In this document: positions 13,424-26,420 of the stretch, piece after piece
How the letters are laid out: every line of letters begins with the position of its first letter
Numbering within the stretch: the stretch's first letter is position 1
Assembly (NCBI GenBank): GCA_036785375.1
Contig: JAWMAR010000011.1
Location: 7,006,001 to 7,070,000, forward strand
Origin: Leucoraja ocellata
Taxonomy: Eukaryota
Direction: 5' to 3'
DNA length: 64,000 bases
Program-made: the position numbers and the translations under genes
Notes under the pieces: model-generated
Seen by the model: the letters and a program-made list of their open reading frames with translations, nothing else
The model's database searches: none
What the model was told of the DNA's origin: nothing

Positions 13424-14157
13424 CTGGGAATGCAAACAATATAATTATTAATGGATTATTGTTCTCTACAAATTGGTACAATACTAACATTTGAAAAAAA
13501 AAACACACATTAACACAGTTCCAATAGGTTTTTAGGTAAGTAAAATATATATTGTTGAACTGATCCACATAATCCAGGAGGTTTCCTGAATCAGCATCCT
13601 GAAAATAGTGACAGGCTCTGGTCGTTTCCGTGTCATGACTCATGTGATATCAAGGCCATGCATACCCAGCATGGAGTTGGAACAGAGAGAAAGATACTTT
13701 GGAAGGACCAGATTTTATTACTTGTTGCATTTTAGGTGAAAATCTTCAGTAAATAATCTAAAACTGCCTGCGTGGATTTTGCTACAAAGTAGGAGTAAAG
13801 TGTACTCTAAACTCAATAATCAATAATCTGACCTTCTGAGAATTAAATTACTTTCATCCAGACCTCCAAATATCAATTTAATTCAGTATTATATTGTACA
13901 CAATTGGTTTCTTCTAGCTCTCTGGGCAGTTTACCATAACTCTAAACTTTCTGTGCACTTTGAGACAACCCCGCTGGTTCCAGAGTTATATAATATCTAG
14001 CATGATTTTGGTATTGTGGGGATTAACTTCCAAAGGAAACCATTCATGAACCTTATCTACCAAAGCAAAGAACATGAGTAAAGATAACCTACTACAATTT
14101 TACAGGACCACACCAGAATTACTATGTACTGATGTGGTTTCCAGATTTAAGGAAGGA

Positions 14158-14588
14158 CTAGCCCAAGTGCAGACCCGTTGGGTCTGCTCCCCCAACGCAG
14201 CCATTCCCTACCCGTAGCCCCCACGGGAGACATGGTCCTCCAACTCAAGCCGTTCCCGAACATAAGATTCCAGCACTCAGCAGTGCGGCTGTTTTTAAAT
14301 GCGTCTTTGAGGCGAGAGGCGGGTACCAGCAGCCGTTATGGTCGCTGGACAGCAGGAGGCGACAAAATGAGTGAGTGGGGGGGGGGGGGGGGAGAAAGAT
14401 TTTATTAAAAATGTGTACATAAACACGACAAAATTTAATGAGGAGTGGATACTTGGAATGAAAAGTGAAATCGCTACCGAAATGGAACAAATCTCGGCGT
14501 TTCTGGGTCTGGTGTTGGCATAGCAACGAATCAAAGGCTGGCACCCACAAGTCAGGCAGAAACACACACACAGCCAGCCACCCAGCCA
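14158..14588 (-). mobile_element. Probable non-autonomous Helitron
   Basis: Minus strand ends CAGACCCAACGGGTCTG hairpin + CACTTGGG-CTAG|T, matching the canonical Helitron 3' end. Confidence 0.6.
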
Positions 14589-16107
14589 CTAGACCAAGTG
14601 CAGACCCGTTGGGTCTGTTTCCCTAACGGCGTTTGCGGGGGGGGGGGGGGGCTGCGGCATGACACTCACATTAACCACCCCCCAAACACACAGGTGGGGG
14701 AAGGGGAGGTGAGAAGAGGGGAAGGAGGGGAGAGGAGGAGGAGGAAACGGGACAGATTTGGGAGGGAAAGGAGAGCGGGGTAGGAGGTGAGAGAGGGGGA
14801 TGGGGAGAGAGACGTGGGGAGGGGGGGATGGGGAGGGAGGGGAGGATGGAGGGAGGGGGAGAGGGGTGGGGGGAGAGAGGGGAAGGAGTGGGGAGAGAGG
14901 AGGGGGAAGGGGAGAGAAGAGGAAGAGTGGGAAGGGAGGAGGAGAGGGGTAGGGGGAGTGATGGAAGAGGGACAGAGGGGTAGAGGGAAGGGGGCGGGGA
15001 GAGAGGGAAGGGGTGGGGTAGCGAGGGAAGGGGGTGGGGGAGAGAGGGAAGGGGGGTGGGGGAGGGATGAGGAGAGGGAGAGGGGGAGAGGAGTGGGGAG
15101 GGAGGGAGGGGTAGAGGGGTAGCGGGAGTGGTGGAAGAGGGACGGGGGAGTGGTGGAAGAGGAACAGAGGGGTGGGGAAGGGGTGGGGGAGAGAGGGGAA
15201 GAGAAGGGAAGAGAGAGGGGTGGAGGAGGAAGAGGGGTGGGGTAAGGGGAGAGAAGTGGAAGAGTGGGGAGGGAGGGGTAGGGGTAGTGGTGGAAGAGGG
15301 ACAGAGCGGTATGGGGAAGGGGGCGGGGGGAGAGAGGAAAGGGGGTGGGGTAGAGAGGGAAGGGGGGTGGGGGAGAGAGGGATGGGTGGGAGAGGGAGAG
15401 GCGTGAGGAGAGGGAAACATAGAAATTAAGTGCAGGAGTGGGCCATTCGGCCCTATAAGCCTGCACCACCATTCAATATGATCATGACTGATCATCCAAC
15501 TCAGTATCCTGTACCTGCCTTCTCTCCATACCCCCTGATCCCTTTAGCCACAAGGGCCACATCTAACTCCCTCTTAAGTTACGATTGGACATATGTGAAC
15601 ATTGGGCATTGTGACATCACACAATGGAACGTTCACCATTGGCTGGGCCTCCTGCAAAGACATATGTAAATGAATCCATTCCGATTGGACATATGTGACC
15701 ATCACACTATGGAACGTTCACCAGGGGCTGGGGCTGGTGCTGGTGCTGCTTCTATGGGTGAGAAGCCAGTTTATTTTTGAAATATTGGGGGGGGTGGGAG
15801 AAGGATTTGATTAAAAACGTGTACTTAAACACGACGAAATGTAATGAGGAGCGGATACTTAGAAAGAAAAGTGAAATATCTACCGAAATGGAAAAGATGT
15901 CGGTGATTCTGCGTCTGGTTTCGGAGTTGCAGTGAATCAAAGGAAGAAAGGAGGCCGGCAGCCGTACATGTAAATGGATCCATTCCGATTGGACATCTGC
16001 GAGCATCGGGCATTGCGATTGGACATCTGCGAGCATTGGGCATTGTGGCATCACACGATGGAAATGAATCAAAAGGCAGAAAGGCAGCCGGACGGACCAC
16101 AGGCGAC
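14589..16107 (-). mobile_element. Probable non-autonomous Helitron with purine-rich low-complexity tract and nested CR1 3' end (15415-15577)
   Basis: Same hairpin plus CTAG|T end at 14589; segment 15800-15930 is similar to 14400-14520; runs into an N gap. Confidence 0.6.
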
Positions 16108-16262
16108 NNNNNNNNNNNNNNNNNNNNNNNNNNNNNNNNNNNNNNNNNNNNNNNNNNNNNNNNNNNNNNNNNNNNNNNNNNNNNNNNNNNNNNNNNNNNN
16201 NNNNNNNNNNNNNNNNNNNNNNNNNNNNNNNNNNNNNNNNNNNNNNNNNNNNNNNNNNNNNN

Positions 16263-16384
16263 AGGAACTGCAGATGCTGGAGAATCGAAGGTTACACAAA
16301 AAAGCTGGAGAAACTCAGCGGGTGCAGCAGCATCTATGGAGCGAAGGAAGTAGGCAACGTTTCGGGCCGAAACCCTTCTTCAGA
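16263..16384 (-). mobile_element. Penelope 3' tail with minimal hammerhead ribozyme
   Basis: Nearly identical to 38159-38279; CTGAAGA-AGGGTTTCGGCCC-GAAACGTT on the minus strand. Confidence 0.8.
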
Positions 16385-16537
16385 AATATAGATAGAAAGG
16401 GGTAAGTGGAGTAAGTGGCACTGAGGTAAGAACCTTGATCTTATTGAATGGTAGAGCTGACACAATAGACTGAGTGGTCTATTCCTGCATCTATGTTCTC
16501 CAGTGTAAAGATAAATACAGGTACTAACTATACTGGG

Positions 16538-19500
16538 ATTTTACTTCGGAGTCACGTGAGTGACTATGTGAAAACCCCGTACAGCCGCACGTGCGCCGTT
16601 ACGTCAGACGCATTGGTGCAGGCGACCGGTTGGAGCAGCAGAAGCTCCTCCAGCGGGTAAGTTTAAACTTCAGGTAAGTTTGTATTTCTTACCTGTTTTG
16701 TTTCCTTGCAGGAACCTCTTATTCCAGAGGCTTCCTGCTGGATGATTTGCGAGGACCGACGAGGGAACCAGCTATGGGCTGTGGGGAAACCCCAGTTCTC
16801 GCCGCGGAAGCGGATAGCTGTGGAATGTCGGGTTTCGCGAGGTCGGTCACTGACGGGGTGGTCAGTGACTTTCAGGCGCTCCGGGTGCCAGTAGCAAAGA
16901 TCCTGCTATAGGATCTTTGGCCAGTAGGTTTTCCCTTCGATAGGCAGGTACACGCTGGGGTTCCCGGGAGGGGACCTTTAGTAGACCAGGTGCTGGGAGG
17001 GTTTCCCTCCAATATAAATATAGATGCTGGGGTTCCCGTAGAGGGAACAGCCAGCAGACCGAGTGTCGGGAGGGTTTTCCCCCAATATGACTATAGATGC
17101 TGGGGTTCCCGGGGAGGGGACAGCCAGCAGACCGGGTGTCGGGAGGGGTTTTCCCTGATATACATATAGATGCTGGGGTTCCCTGGTCGGGGAAATCCAG
17201 TAGTAATGCGGCTCTCAGACCGCAGGGGTCCCCAGGATAGGGGTTAAACGGACCGCAACGGTCAGCCCTGGTGCCGGTAGGGTTTTTTCCCTCTGGTAAC
17301 ACATATGGACGCTGGGATTCCCGGGGAGGGGAACTCCAGCAGCAATGCGGTGCCCAGACCACAGAGGTCCCATAGATATGGGGTAAACCGACCAAAATGG
17401 TCAGCCCTGGTGCCGGCAGGATTCCCTTCCGGTAATGAGAAAATTTGGAGGTTGGCCAGGATGGAGCCCCTAATGGAGAGGAGGCTCCATCTAGATACAC
17501 TCCAACAGCTTGTGTAAGTGCGGGACTATGGGAGAGTCCGCGCCAGCAGCGCTTTGGACAGGGCTGCTTCTAGGGGATGCCGAGTCTATTGGCAATGTTG
17601 GGCATATGGGAGAGCCCGCACTAGCTGCACCTTGTAACAGGGCTGCTTAATAGGGATGCCGAATCTATGACAGTGCTGGCCTATGGAAGAGGCTGTGCCA
17701 GCAGCGCCTTGTAATAGGGCTGCTTAATGTATGGCAGCAGTACCTGTAGAAGGGCTGCATAATGTCTCCCTCATGGAGGAGGTGAGCTTACCAGGACAGT
17801 TTTGTTCTGACCCTGAAGTTGGAGTTATTGCAGAACAGCATACCCCAAGGGATGGAAGCCGCCGGGTCAGTATGTAATCTGACGCCGAGTCTATGGCAGC
17901 GCTGGCCTATTGCTCTAGGCCGCGCCAGCAGCGCCTTGTAACAGGGCTGCTTAATGTCTCCCTCATGGAGGAGGAGAGCATGCTGGGTCAGTGTAAATCT
18001 GACACCAAGGCTGAGGGTATAGCCGTGGAGCATGCCTCAAGGGATGAAGGGCACGTGTCAGAGGTATCATTCCTGGCAGCAAGGTTGCCATCCCAACACA
18101 ATGCAGTGAACACCGACCGCTATCAGGGGATGTTAGAGCCACTCGTCGAATCTTCTATTCAGCTCAGCTATTCATTCCACAGGCAAAACCTGGAGGACGA
18201 AGCATAAGCTGTTGGACCAATTAGGCCAACGACGAGGAAGGCTTCATAATTTTGGTGACAACTCACCCCTCAGCTTCATCGGCAGTAAGCGGTTCACTGA
18301 AGCTGGTAGTAGCATGAAAGCTGACCAGAGTTACTCTACAACTAATGACCACGAACAAGTTGGTAAGATTTACACTTGGTTGTACGATGCACAAATGATC
18401 AAGACATTGTCATCTACTCAGAGGCATTTAACCAGGTAAAACTGGACATTACTAGTATTCCAAACAGGTTGGAATTGGGCCAGAATTGTGTTGAGCCAGG
18501 TTCAGTATTTTAGCCAGGTTTGCCTTCGAGACAGGCTCGGAGATATGGGCAGAATTGTCTTTCAAAGCAGGGTCAGAATTATGGCAAGAGTTGTCTTGAG
18601 ACATGTGAGAATTATCGGTAACCGGGCCATAGTTGCCGTTCAGGGCACACATGAAATGATGGCAGGCGTGGCCTGTTCATTATGAAAGAAGGGTGATTAA
18701 ACTGATTTCATAGGGTTTTCCAAGTACAGTGATCATCAGAGATATTTGGAGGCATTGCTATGATGAGGCAATTTAACAGTATGATGACAATAAATCATTC
18801 AAAGGACTACTTAGAGTTCAAATGTATTGTATTGTTATGTATTGTCTGGATAATATTTTGATGCTGTATTTGGCTAAAATCCACTGTTTCAGTCTCAAGC
18901 TACTTGAGAAATTGTTCTCCTCTATCCAGTTAAATTAAGTTGTTATCAAATGGATAGTTAGCCTGTGACTCCACCCTTGGCAACAGATTGGAATCTATAG
19001 AAACCGGGAACAGCCTTGTTGTTATAACGCACCTTTCTATTCATTACACTAATTGGCAATGTAATAGATGTGATGCAGCTGTGCAAGTGGGAGAACTGAC
19101 AGCATGCTTAATGGCAAACTATAAAGGGCCATGAAGGTCATTGATAACACACCTTTGCTATTACCAGCTGAAGCTACTAAAGTCACTATGATGGACAAAC
19201 AGTGTTCAGCATTGCTCCAGTAGTTGATCAATAAATATGTCATTATATTGCAAAATGATGGTAATGGCCTAAGGTGGGAAAATGCGAATGTCATCTCTAG
19301 TTGAAGGTGGAGGAGATTGGCATGTTATTAACTCTTCAGTTATTGGTATCAACTATCTATAGACCCTACGTGCATTTTATGGGTTAAAGAGTGATTGAGC
19401 GAATATGCATAGCTGCATGCTTAACTTCATGTTGATACACTATGATGGTGGCATATGATAATCACGGGGGTGCAATCAAGTAAACGAATCCTGTAATAGG

Positions 19501-21429
19501 TACATAATCTCATTTGACACTGGAGTATCATCAAGTACAGATCAATGACAACACAGGATGGGTGTTGGACCACACCGTATTTATGAAATTCTGATTCAAT
19601 GCAACACCGAAAATAGATATGTTGTTTTCATGCTAATTCACAGGTTGCAAAAATATGTGGCATAACAGTGGCGAAAGATACATTAGGTGTCCTTGAGACT
19701 CTTGAAAGGCACCCATAAATAAATTTATTTTTATTATTCTCGCTACAAGCAGGAGGAATGGTCTTTTATGTCTTCCTCCATTTTGCTTTATGAGTCGGGT
19801 CTAGAAATAAAGTCATGAAGAGCCCGCTTTAGGTTCCAGCTGTGGGATTGGTCAATGCAGTTTGATTCCTGATTTGTCGGGAATAATAACAATGCAACCT
19901 TATATGGTTATTTTAAACGTAACTTGCTGGTTCAGCCTGTGGCTCAGGAAATCAGCCGTTGCATGATAAAATCAATTTATGTTCTTGATTCTCAATAGAC
20001 TGCCTACGGCTTGGATTGTCACACCTATTCTTGTATGTATTCACAGTGCTGGAATAGTACCAAAAAGCAGTACTTTGCTTCTTCAGAAGATGGGAAGCGT
20101 TTGTTTAATGCTCATGTTACATTTAAAATGGTACAGATTCTGAGCTATTGGAGTTCATTTTAAATGGTCTTTGACAATATTGAGTTATTGGGTCATTAAC
20201 TGTGCCAAGGTGCTTTCCATCAGATTTACTGCAGCAAACGAGATCCACTTTGTTGGGTTCACCCCGGATATCGAATTAGTAAAGGATATCTTTAACACAA
20301 GTTTTCCCAGGACAAGTACAATGCAGTATGAGAGGTTGACATTGTATTAACACTATTTCACCAGGGAGTTCCAGCTACATTCTTAGCTTTGGCCGGATCT
20401 CATTAGGTAGTTATCCTCCTGGCGCTGGTTTAGCGCAACAGGTCACTCGCTACATAATTGTGACAGGAGAGGATGATTACATCTGCAAATATATGTATAG
20501 TATTTTATGTTATAATTTATTTAAGCAGAGCGGTAGGGGGTCAGGTCTCAAAATAGGTCAAGGCATACCCAGGAACCTTTCGTTATGTGAGGGCACACAT
20601 ATACAACAATACATCAAGGTCACCAAGAGCCTTCGAGACTCTGAGCTAGCTATGATTGTTAGTTACAAAAAACGTTATAAGAACGTATCTGTTCAGATCT
20701 TGCCAGGTGTTAAAACGGAGTTGAGTTATGCAGGAGTAGATACTGATCTGGATCTCGCTTCACCAGGGCTGCTAAAACAGCAGCAGCAAGGGTTAATTAC
20801 GTTCCGCTGGACCACATCCTAACGGCTGTAGCGTGGTCAAATGAACACATTTTCAAACATTTTATAATAACCTGTTGTCAGACCAGGACTATTTATCAAC
20901 TTTATTTTACGTTCTGATATAGGTTCCATCCGGATGAGAGATGTGACTAGTGTTATTACTTTATTTAACAGCATCAGCATGTTTAAATCTATGTCATGAC
21001 TGTATGCATTATGAATGTTTTCCCTCGTTTGTCAATGGGGCAGTTGTGGTTGTGTAGACTTGTTTCTCACTGCATGAAATCATAGAGCTTTGAAATCTTC
21101 ACGTAGTCACTGACGTGACTCCGAAGTAAAATAGTAAGATTAAACGAGAACTTACCAGTTTGAAGTTTGATCTTTATTTTATGAGGAGTTGTGATGAGGG
21201 ACAACGTGCCCTCCGCTCCCAACCCTCATAAAGGTCATCTGGTAGTTCTAGTCTTCTTTCATCTTACTATTATACTTCAGTCACTATGATCTGTGATTTC
21301 ACACCGCTGCTTTGAAGATTGACACACGTGCGGCTGTACGGGGTTCTTCACGTAGTCCCTCATCGTAACTCCTTATAAAATAAAGATCAAACTTCAAACT
21401 GGTAAGTTCTCGTTCAATCTTACTATTTT
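16538..21429 (+). mobile_element. DIRS-type tyrosine-recombinase retrotransposon, complete ends, decayed ORFs
   Basis: Inverted terminal repeats (16562-16593 / 21325-21357); internal complementary region 21098-21208 pairs with both outer ends; ATTTT at both ends; YR C-terminal relic DHILTAVAWSNEHIFKHFYN near 20810-20870. Confidence 0.85.
16950..17980. repeat. Two degenerate tandem arrays inside the DIRS element (~70 bp and ~80 bp units)
   Basis: ATAGATGCTGGGGTTCCC..CAGACC..GGGAGGGTTTTCCC recurs, then GCCAGCAGCGCCTTG..AGGGCTGCTT recurs. Confidence 0.75.
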
Positions 21430-22214
21430 CTGTAATTCCTTGAATGCCTGCCATTCTTTCCTAAACAAATGGCATCAAAATTGCCATTGTGTAAAAGACC
21501 AAATGCTGATTAACTTCCCTTAAAGATATATATGACAGTAGTGGTTCTTGATCTCAAAGATGGTAAATGCACATCATGAAACCACAATCTGCAGTCTAAC
21601 GTAATTTAATTCAGGTTGTCATAAATTCATAAGGGATAACAGAATCGGGCCATTCGGCCCATCAAGTCTACTCCGCCATTCAATCGTGGCTGGTCTATCT
21701 CTCCCTCCTAACTCCATTCTCCTCCCCATAACCTCTGACACCTGTACTAATCAAGAATCTATCTATCTTGCCTTAAAAATGAGGGAGGCTCTCAACATTT
21801 ACTTTCCTTTCCTAATTTCCATACTTATGTGTCCAAATAAAACTACATTTTTCATGCATCTGTCCAGATCACCTGTTATTTGATCTGCCTGTTCCTTGCT
21901 GAATGGGGGCATTGAGCATTAGCAAATAAATTGATTCTTTTGTTTTATTTCCCCAAGAATGATCTGAACCAAGTTTAAGGGCACGATCCATGACACACAG
22001 TGGCTTGCAAAAGTTTTCATACCCCTTGAACTTTTCCACATTTTGTCACGTTACAACCACAAATGCAAATGGATTTTATTGGGATTTTATGTGATAGACC
22101 AACACAACGTGGTGCATAATTGTGAAGTGGAAGGAAAATTATACATGGTTTTCAATTTTTTTTACAAATAAAAAACTGAAAAGTGTGGTGTGCCCCATAT
22201 TCAGCCCCCCTGAG

Positions 22215-24131
22215 TCAATACTTTGTAGAACCACCTTTCGCTGCAATTACAGCTGCAAGTCTTTTGGGGTATGTCTCTACCAGCTTTGCACATCTAGAGA
22301 CTGAAATGTTTGCCCATTCTTCTTTGCAAAATAGCTCAAGTTCAGTCAGATTGGATGGAGAGCATCTGTGAGCAGCAATTTTCAAGTCTTGCCAGAGATT
22401 CTCAATTGGATTTAGGTCTGGACTTTGCCGGGGCCATTCTAACACATGAATATGCTTTGATCTAAACCATTCCATTGTAGCTCTGGCAGTATAATTAGGG
22501 TCGTTGTCCTGCTGGAAGGTGAACCTCCGCCCCAGTCTCAAGTCTTTTGCAGACTCTAACAGGTTTTCTTCCAAGATTGCCCTGTATTTGGCTTCATCCA
22601 TGTTCCCATCAACTCTGACCAGATTCCTTGTTCCTGCTGAAGAAAAGCATCCCCACAGCATGATGCTGCCACCACCATGTTTCACAGTGGGAATGGTGTG
22701 TTTAGGGTGATGTGCAGTGTTAGTTTTCCGCCACACATAGCGTTTTGCATTTAGGCCAAAAACTTCAATTTTGGTCTCATCTGACCAGAGCACCTTCCTC
22801 CACATGTTTGCTGTGTCCCCCACATGGCTTGTGGCAAACTGCAAACGGGACTTCATATGGCTTTTTTTCAACAATAGCTTTCTTCTTGCCACTCTTCCAT
22901 AAAGACCCGATTTGTGGAGTGCACGACTACAATACAATACAATACAATACAATTCATTTGTCGTTTGGATCCCGTTAAGGTCCAAACGAAATGTCGTTTC
23001 TGCAGTCATACATACAAAACGAAAAAGACCCAAGACACAATTTACACAAACATCCTTCACAGCGCATCTTCTCCTCGCTGTGAAGGAAGGAAAAAAAACC
23101 ATCTCTCCCCTGCAGTCCCCTCTCCCCCCCCCCCCCCCCATATCAGAGTCAAAGACAGAGTCAAAGCCCCCAGCGGGCGATGTTAAATGTCCCGCAGCCA
23201 TTAAAGCCATGCCGGGTGATGCAAAGCCAAGCATCGGGTCTTGGTGTTGGAGCCCCGGCGGGCTCTTGGTGTTGGAGCCCCGGCGGGCGCTCACAAAGTC
23301 CCGCGGCAATTCCAAGCCGCGCGGGGCAGGGATGTAAGGCCCCGCTCCAGGTAATCTTCAACCCCGCAACTCGGGCGGGAGCAGTCGCCGTTGCGGAAGC
23401 CCCGAAAAACGGTCTCCAACCAGGGACCCATGGACTCCCGGTATTTCTGTCCACAGACCTGAGGTAGGAGCTTCCGAATCTCCGGGGGTCGGGCCACAGC
23501 ATCGCTCCACCACAGCTCCACCCGCTCTGGACTTGGCCAGCTCCGTGAAGGTGAGTCGTCCGCAGCTCCGCGACTGGAGCCCCAGGTCGTTCCCGCTTGA
23601 GGCCGCTCCACGTAGCAGCCCCAACGACAACGGAGACCCGACAAAGAAAAGGTCGGGTCTCCCGTGCAGGGGAAAGAATTTAGAGTTTTCCCCCACCCCC
23701 CGCCCCCCACACACATACCCCGACAAAAAATAATTAAAAATTACATTTAAACGAAACAGAAAATAATTTAAAAAACAGACGGACTGCAGAGGCCGCTGCT
23801 GGTGACGAGAGTCGCGCCGCCCACTAATCGTTGTCCTGTGGACAGATTCTCCCACCTGAGCTGTGGATCTCTGCAGCTCCTCCAGAGTTACCATGGGCCT
23901 CTTGGCTGCTTCTCTGATCAATGCTCTCCTTGCCCGGCCTGTCAGTTTAGGTGGACGGCCATGTCTTGGTAGGTTTGCAGATGTGCCATACTCTTTCCAT
24001 TTTCGGATGATGGATTGAACAGTGCTCCGTGAGATGTTCAAAGCTTGGGATATTGTTTTATAACCTAACCCTGCTTTAAACTTCTCCACAACTTTATCCC
24101 TGACCTGCCTTGTGTGTTCCTTGGGCTTCAT
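22215..24131 (-). pseudogene. Tc1 transposase split by an 893-bp retroposon insertion
   Basis: N-terminal part MKPKEHT..GRPPKL..RTTIS (23823-24131) plus C-terminal part RALHKSG..WSDETK..QQDND..SPDLNPIE (22215-22925); joined length 339 aa with no stop; D(34)E spacing counted. Confidence 0.92.
22930..23822 (-). mobile_element. Non-autonomous LINE-tailed retroposon, copy C
   Basis: Flanked by duplicated ACTA (22926-22929, 23823-23826); (TTGTA)n tail; the family's three stem-loops. Confidence 0.8.
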
Positions 24132-24590
24132 GATGCTGTTTGTTCACTAATGTTCTCTAACAAACCTCTGAGGCCTTCACAGAACAGCTGTATTTATACT
24201 GAGATTAGATTACACACAAGTGGACTCTATTTACTAATTAGGTGACTTCTGAAGGCAATTGGTTGCACTGGATTTTATTTAGAGGTATCAGAGTAAAGAG
24301 GACTGAATACTTTTGCACGCCACACTTTTCAGTTTTTTATTTGTAAAAGAAATTGAAAACCATGTATCATTTGCCTTCCACTTCACAATTATGCACTACT
24401 TTGTGTTGGTCTATCACATAAATCCCAATAAAATACATTTACGTTTGTGGTTGTAATGTGACAAAATGTGGAAAAGTTCAAGGGGTATGCAAGCCACTGT
24501 ATAAACCATCTCAAATTCCACATAATAGTTCACTAACTAAGATGATAGTCCACTAACAAGATCTTTATGGAGCTGAATCTTTCAACTTAC

Positions 24591-24711
24591 CCAGCTCCTG
24601 CGGTAACTGAAACAAAGGCACGTTTATGTCTACGAGGCTCGTAAAACTTTACGCACGTGAAAGTGGCAATCTCATGCAGAGATCTTTTAATTGTTCTTCT
24701 TTCTGAATTAT
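24591..24711 (-). CDS. Astacin-like metalloprotease, coding exon 5
   Basis: (D)NSERRTIKRSLHEIATFTCVKFYEPRRHKRAFVSVTAGA(G): TC.xF motif; TAG acceptor, GTAAGT donor; phase 1 in, phase 2 out. Confidence 0.92.
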
Positions 24712-24790
24712 CTACATTTAAAGAACAAAACCAATCAACAGATTATCGCAAATGTAGTTAAACAGATATTTCATAATGTACAATTTATAT

Positions 24791-26420
24791 GATACGATAG
24801 AACTTTATTGATCCCAAGAGGGAGATTGGTCTACCAACAATCATAAAACACAAGATACATGTGATGAGTGGAAAGCCCAGGATTGGAGATGTGCGGATTG
24901 GAGGGGGGAGGGGAGAGGGGAGGGGAGGGGGGGGAGACTCTTACCTCACGATAGAAGGGGGAGGAGTTGTAGTTTGATAGCCACAGGGAGAAAGGACCTC
25001 CTGTGGCCTTTTGTGCTGCATCTTGGTGGAACCAGTCTGTTGCTGAAGGTGCTCCTCAGGTTGACCAGTATGTCATGGAGGGGGGTGAGATGTATTGGCC
25101 AAGATGCTCTGCAGTTTGAGGAGCATCCTCCCCTCCAAGACCATCTCCAGTTAATCTATCTCCGCCCCCATGACGGACCAGCCTTCCTGGTGAGTTTGTC
25201 GATCCTATTGGCATCCGCGGCCTTCGGCCTGCTACCCCAGCACTCGACAGCAAAGATGGCACTGGCCATCACCAATTGGTAGAACATTTGTAACATCTTA
25301 CTGCAGACGTTGAAAGAGCAGTCTCCTCATATTGTACAGACGGCTCTCTCCCTTCTTCTACAAGGCCTCAGTGATCTTGGACTAGTCCTGTTTACTGTCC
25401 AAGTACATTCCAAGGTACTTGTATTCCTTGGTAAACTGCACGTCCACACCTTTGATGGGGACGGGGGACATAGGTCTTCCTCTCTTCCTAAAGTCCACCA
25501 CTAACATCTTAATCTTGTCGGTGTTGATTCAGCCCACACCATTCAGTCATTGACTACAACTCTGTATTCAGCTTCCCTCTCCTCCCCTCACAGATGCAGC
25601 CCACACTTACAGAGCCATCCAAAAACTTTTGAAGGTGACAGGAATCTGAGTTGTATCTGAAGTCCGAGGTGTAAATGGTGAACAGGAAAGGAGACGACTG
25701 TCCCCTGTGGGGCCCCTGTGTTGCTCACTACTACCATGTCCGAGACACAATCCTGTACCCTGACATACTGTGATCGTCCCACCAGGTAGTTGATGATCCA
25801 GGACACCAAATGAGCATCCATCTGTATCTTCCTCAGTTTACTCCCGTGCATGCCGGATGGTGTTAAAAGCACGGGAGAAGTCCAAAAACATGACTCTCAC
25901 AGTGCTTCCCAGCTTATCCAGGTGAGCATAGGTACGATGAAGCAGGTGGATGAGAGCATCCTCAACCCACATCTTTGTTTGGTAAGTGAACTGCAGGGGG
26001 TCCAGGTAGGGTTTAACCAATAGTCGCAGATGAGTGAGCACCAGCCTCTCCTGGGACTTCATGATGTGTGAAGTCAGCGCCATTGGACTGTAGCTGGGAC
26101 GCGTTCTCTTTGCTACAGGAATCAGTCACAGGAACCCTCCCTAGGCTCAGGTTGAAGATATGCTGAAGTACTCTGCACAACTGGCTAGCACACGCCTTGA
26201 GTACCCTAAGGCTGACATCATCGGGACCCATGCTTTGCCTGGGCGGAGTCTGCTTAGCTCTTTACTCACCTGCTCAGCCATGATGATCAGGTACGACAAA
26301 GAAAGGGTAGAGGAAGAGGACCAGGGGGATTGAGGGGGAGAGTCTGGCAGGGAGCAGGGGGGAGGGTGGGCAGAGGCCTCACCATCATATCTATTAAAAA
26401 ACAGGTTTAGCTCTTTCTGG
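24791..26420 (-). mobile_element. Rex1/Babar-type LINE, 5'-truncated and degenerate
   Basis: GPDDVSLRVLKACASQL, LDPLQFTYQ, VRVMFLDFSRAFNTI, NTGAPQGTV; AATAAA plus (TATCG) tail. Confidence 0.85.

Larger units (their letters stand above)
21998..24499 (-). mobile_element. Tc1-family (DD34E) DNA transposon with long (~210 bp) inverted repeats, Passport-like
   Basis: TIRs CAGTGGCTTGCA..ATACCCCTTGAACTTTTCCAC at both ends; TA on the right flank, CA on the left; contains a transposase. Confidence 0.93.

Noticed and set aside
13344-13643. 99-aa ORF as listed in the track
   Set aside because: Wrong frame; the real coding sequence is the astacin exon 13245-13423.
14666-15495. Pro/Ser-rich and Gly/Glu-rich ORFs (also 50175-51326 and 8674-9005)
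   Set aside because: Translations of purine/pyrimidine low-complexity DNA that lacks stop codons by composition.
16108-16262. ORFs spanning N runs (also 34414-34686, 49325-49492, 61996-62123)
   Set aside because: Assembly gaps; the X-filled ORFs are artefacts.
22215-23315. 366-aa and 257-aa ORFs as novel fusion proteins
   Set aside because: They are transposase halves running by chance into the inserted retroposon.
22926-23826. Insertion in the Tc1 transposase acting as a removable intron (GT..AG at its edges)
   Set aside because: Splicing ATTA|GT..TAG|TCGT gives ATT ATC GTG, one base short of the original ATT AGT CGT, so the frame is not restored.
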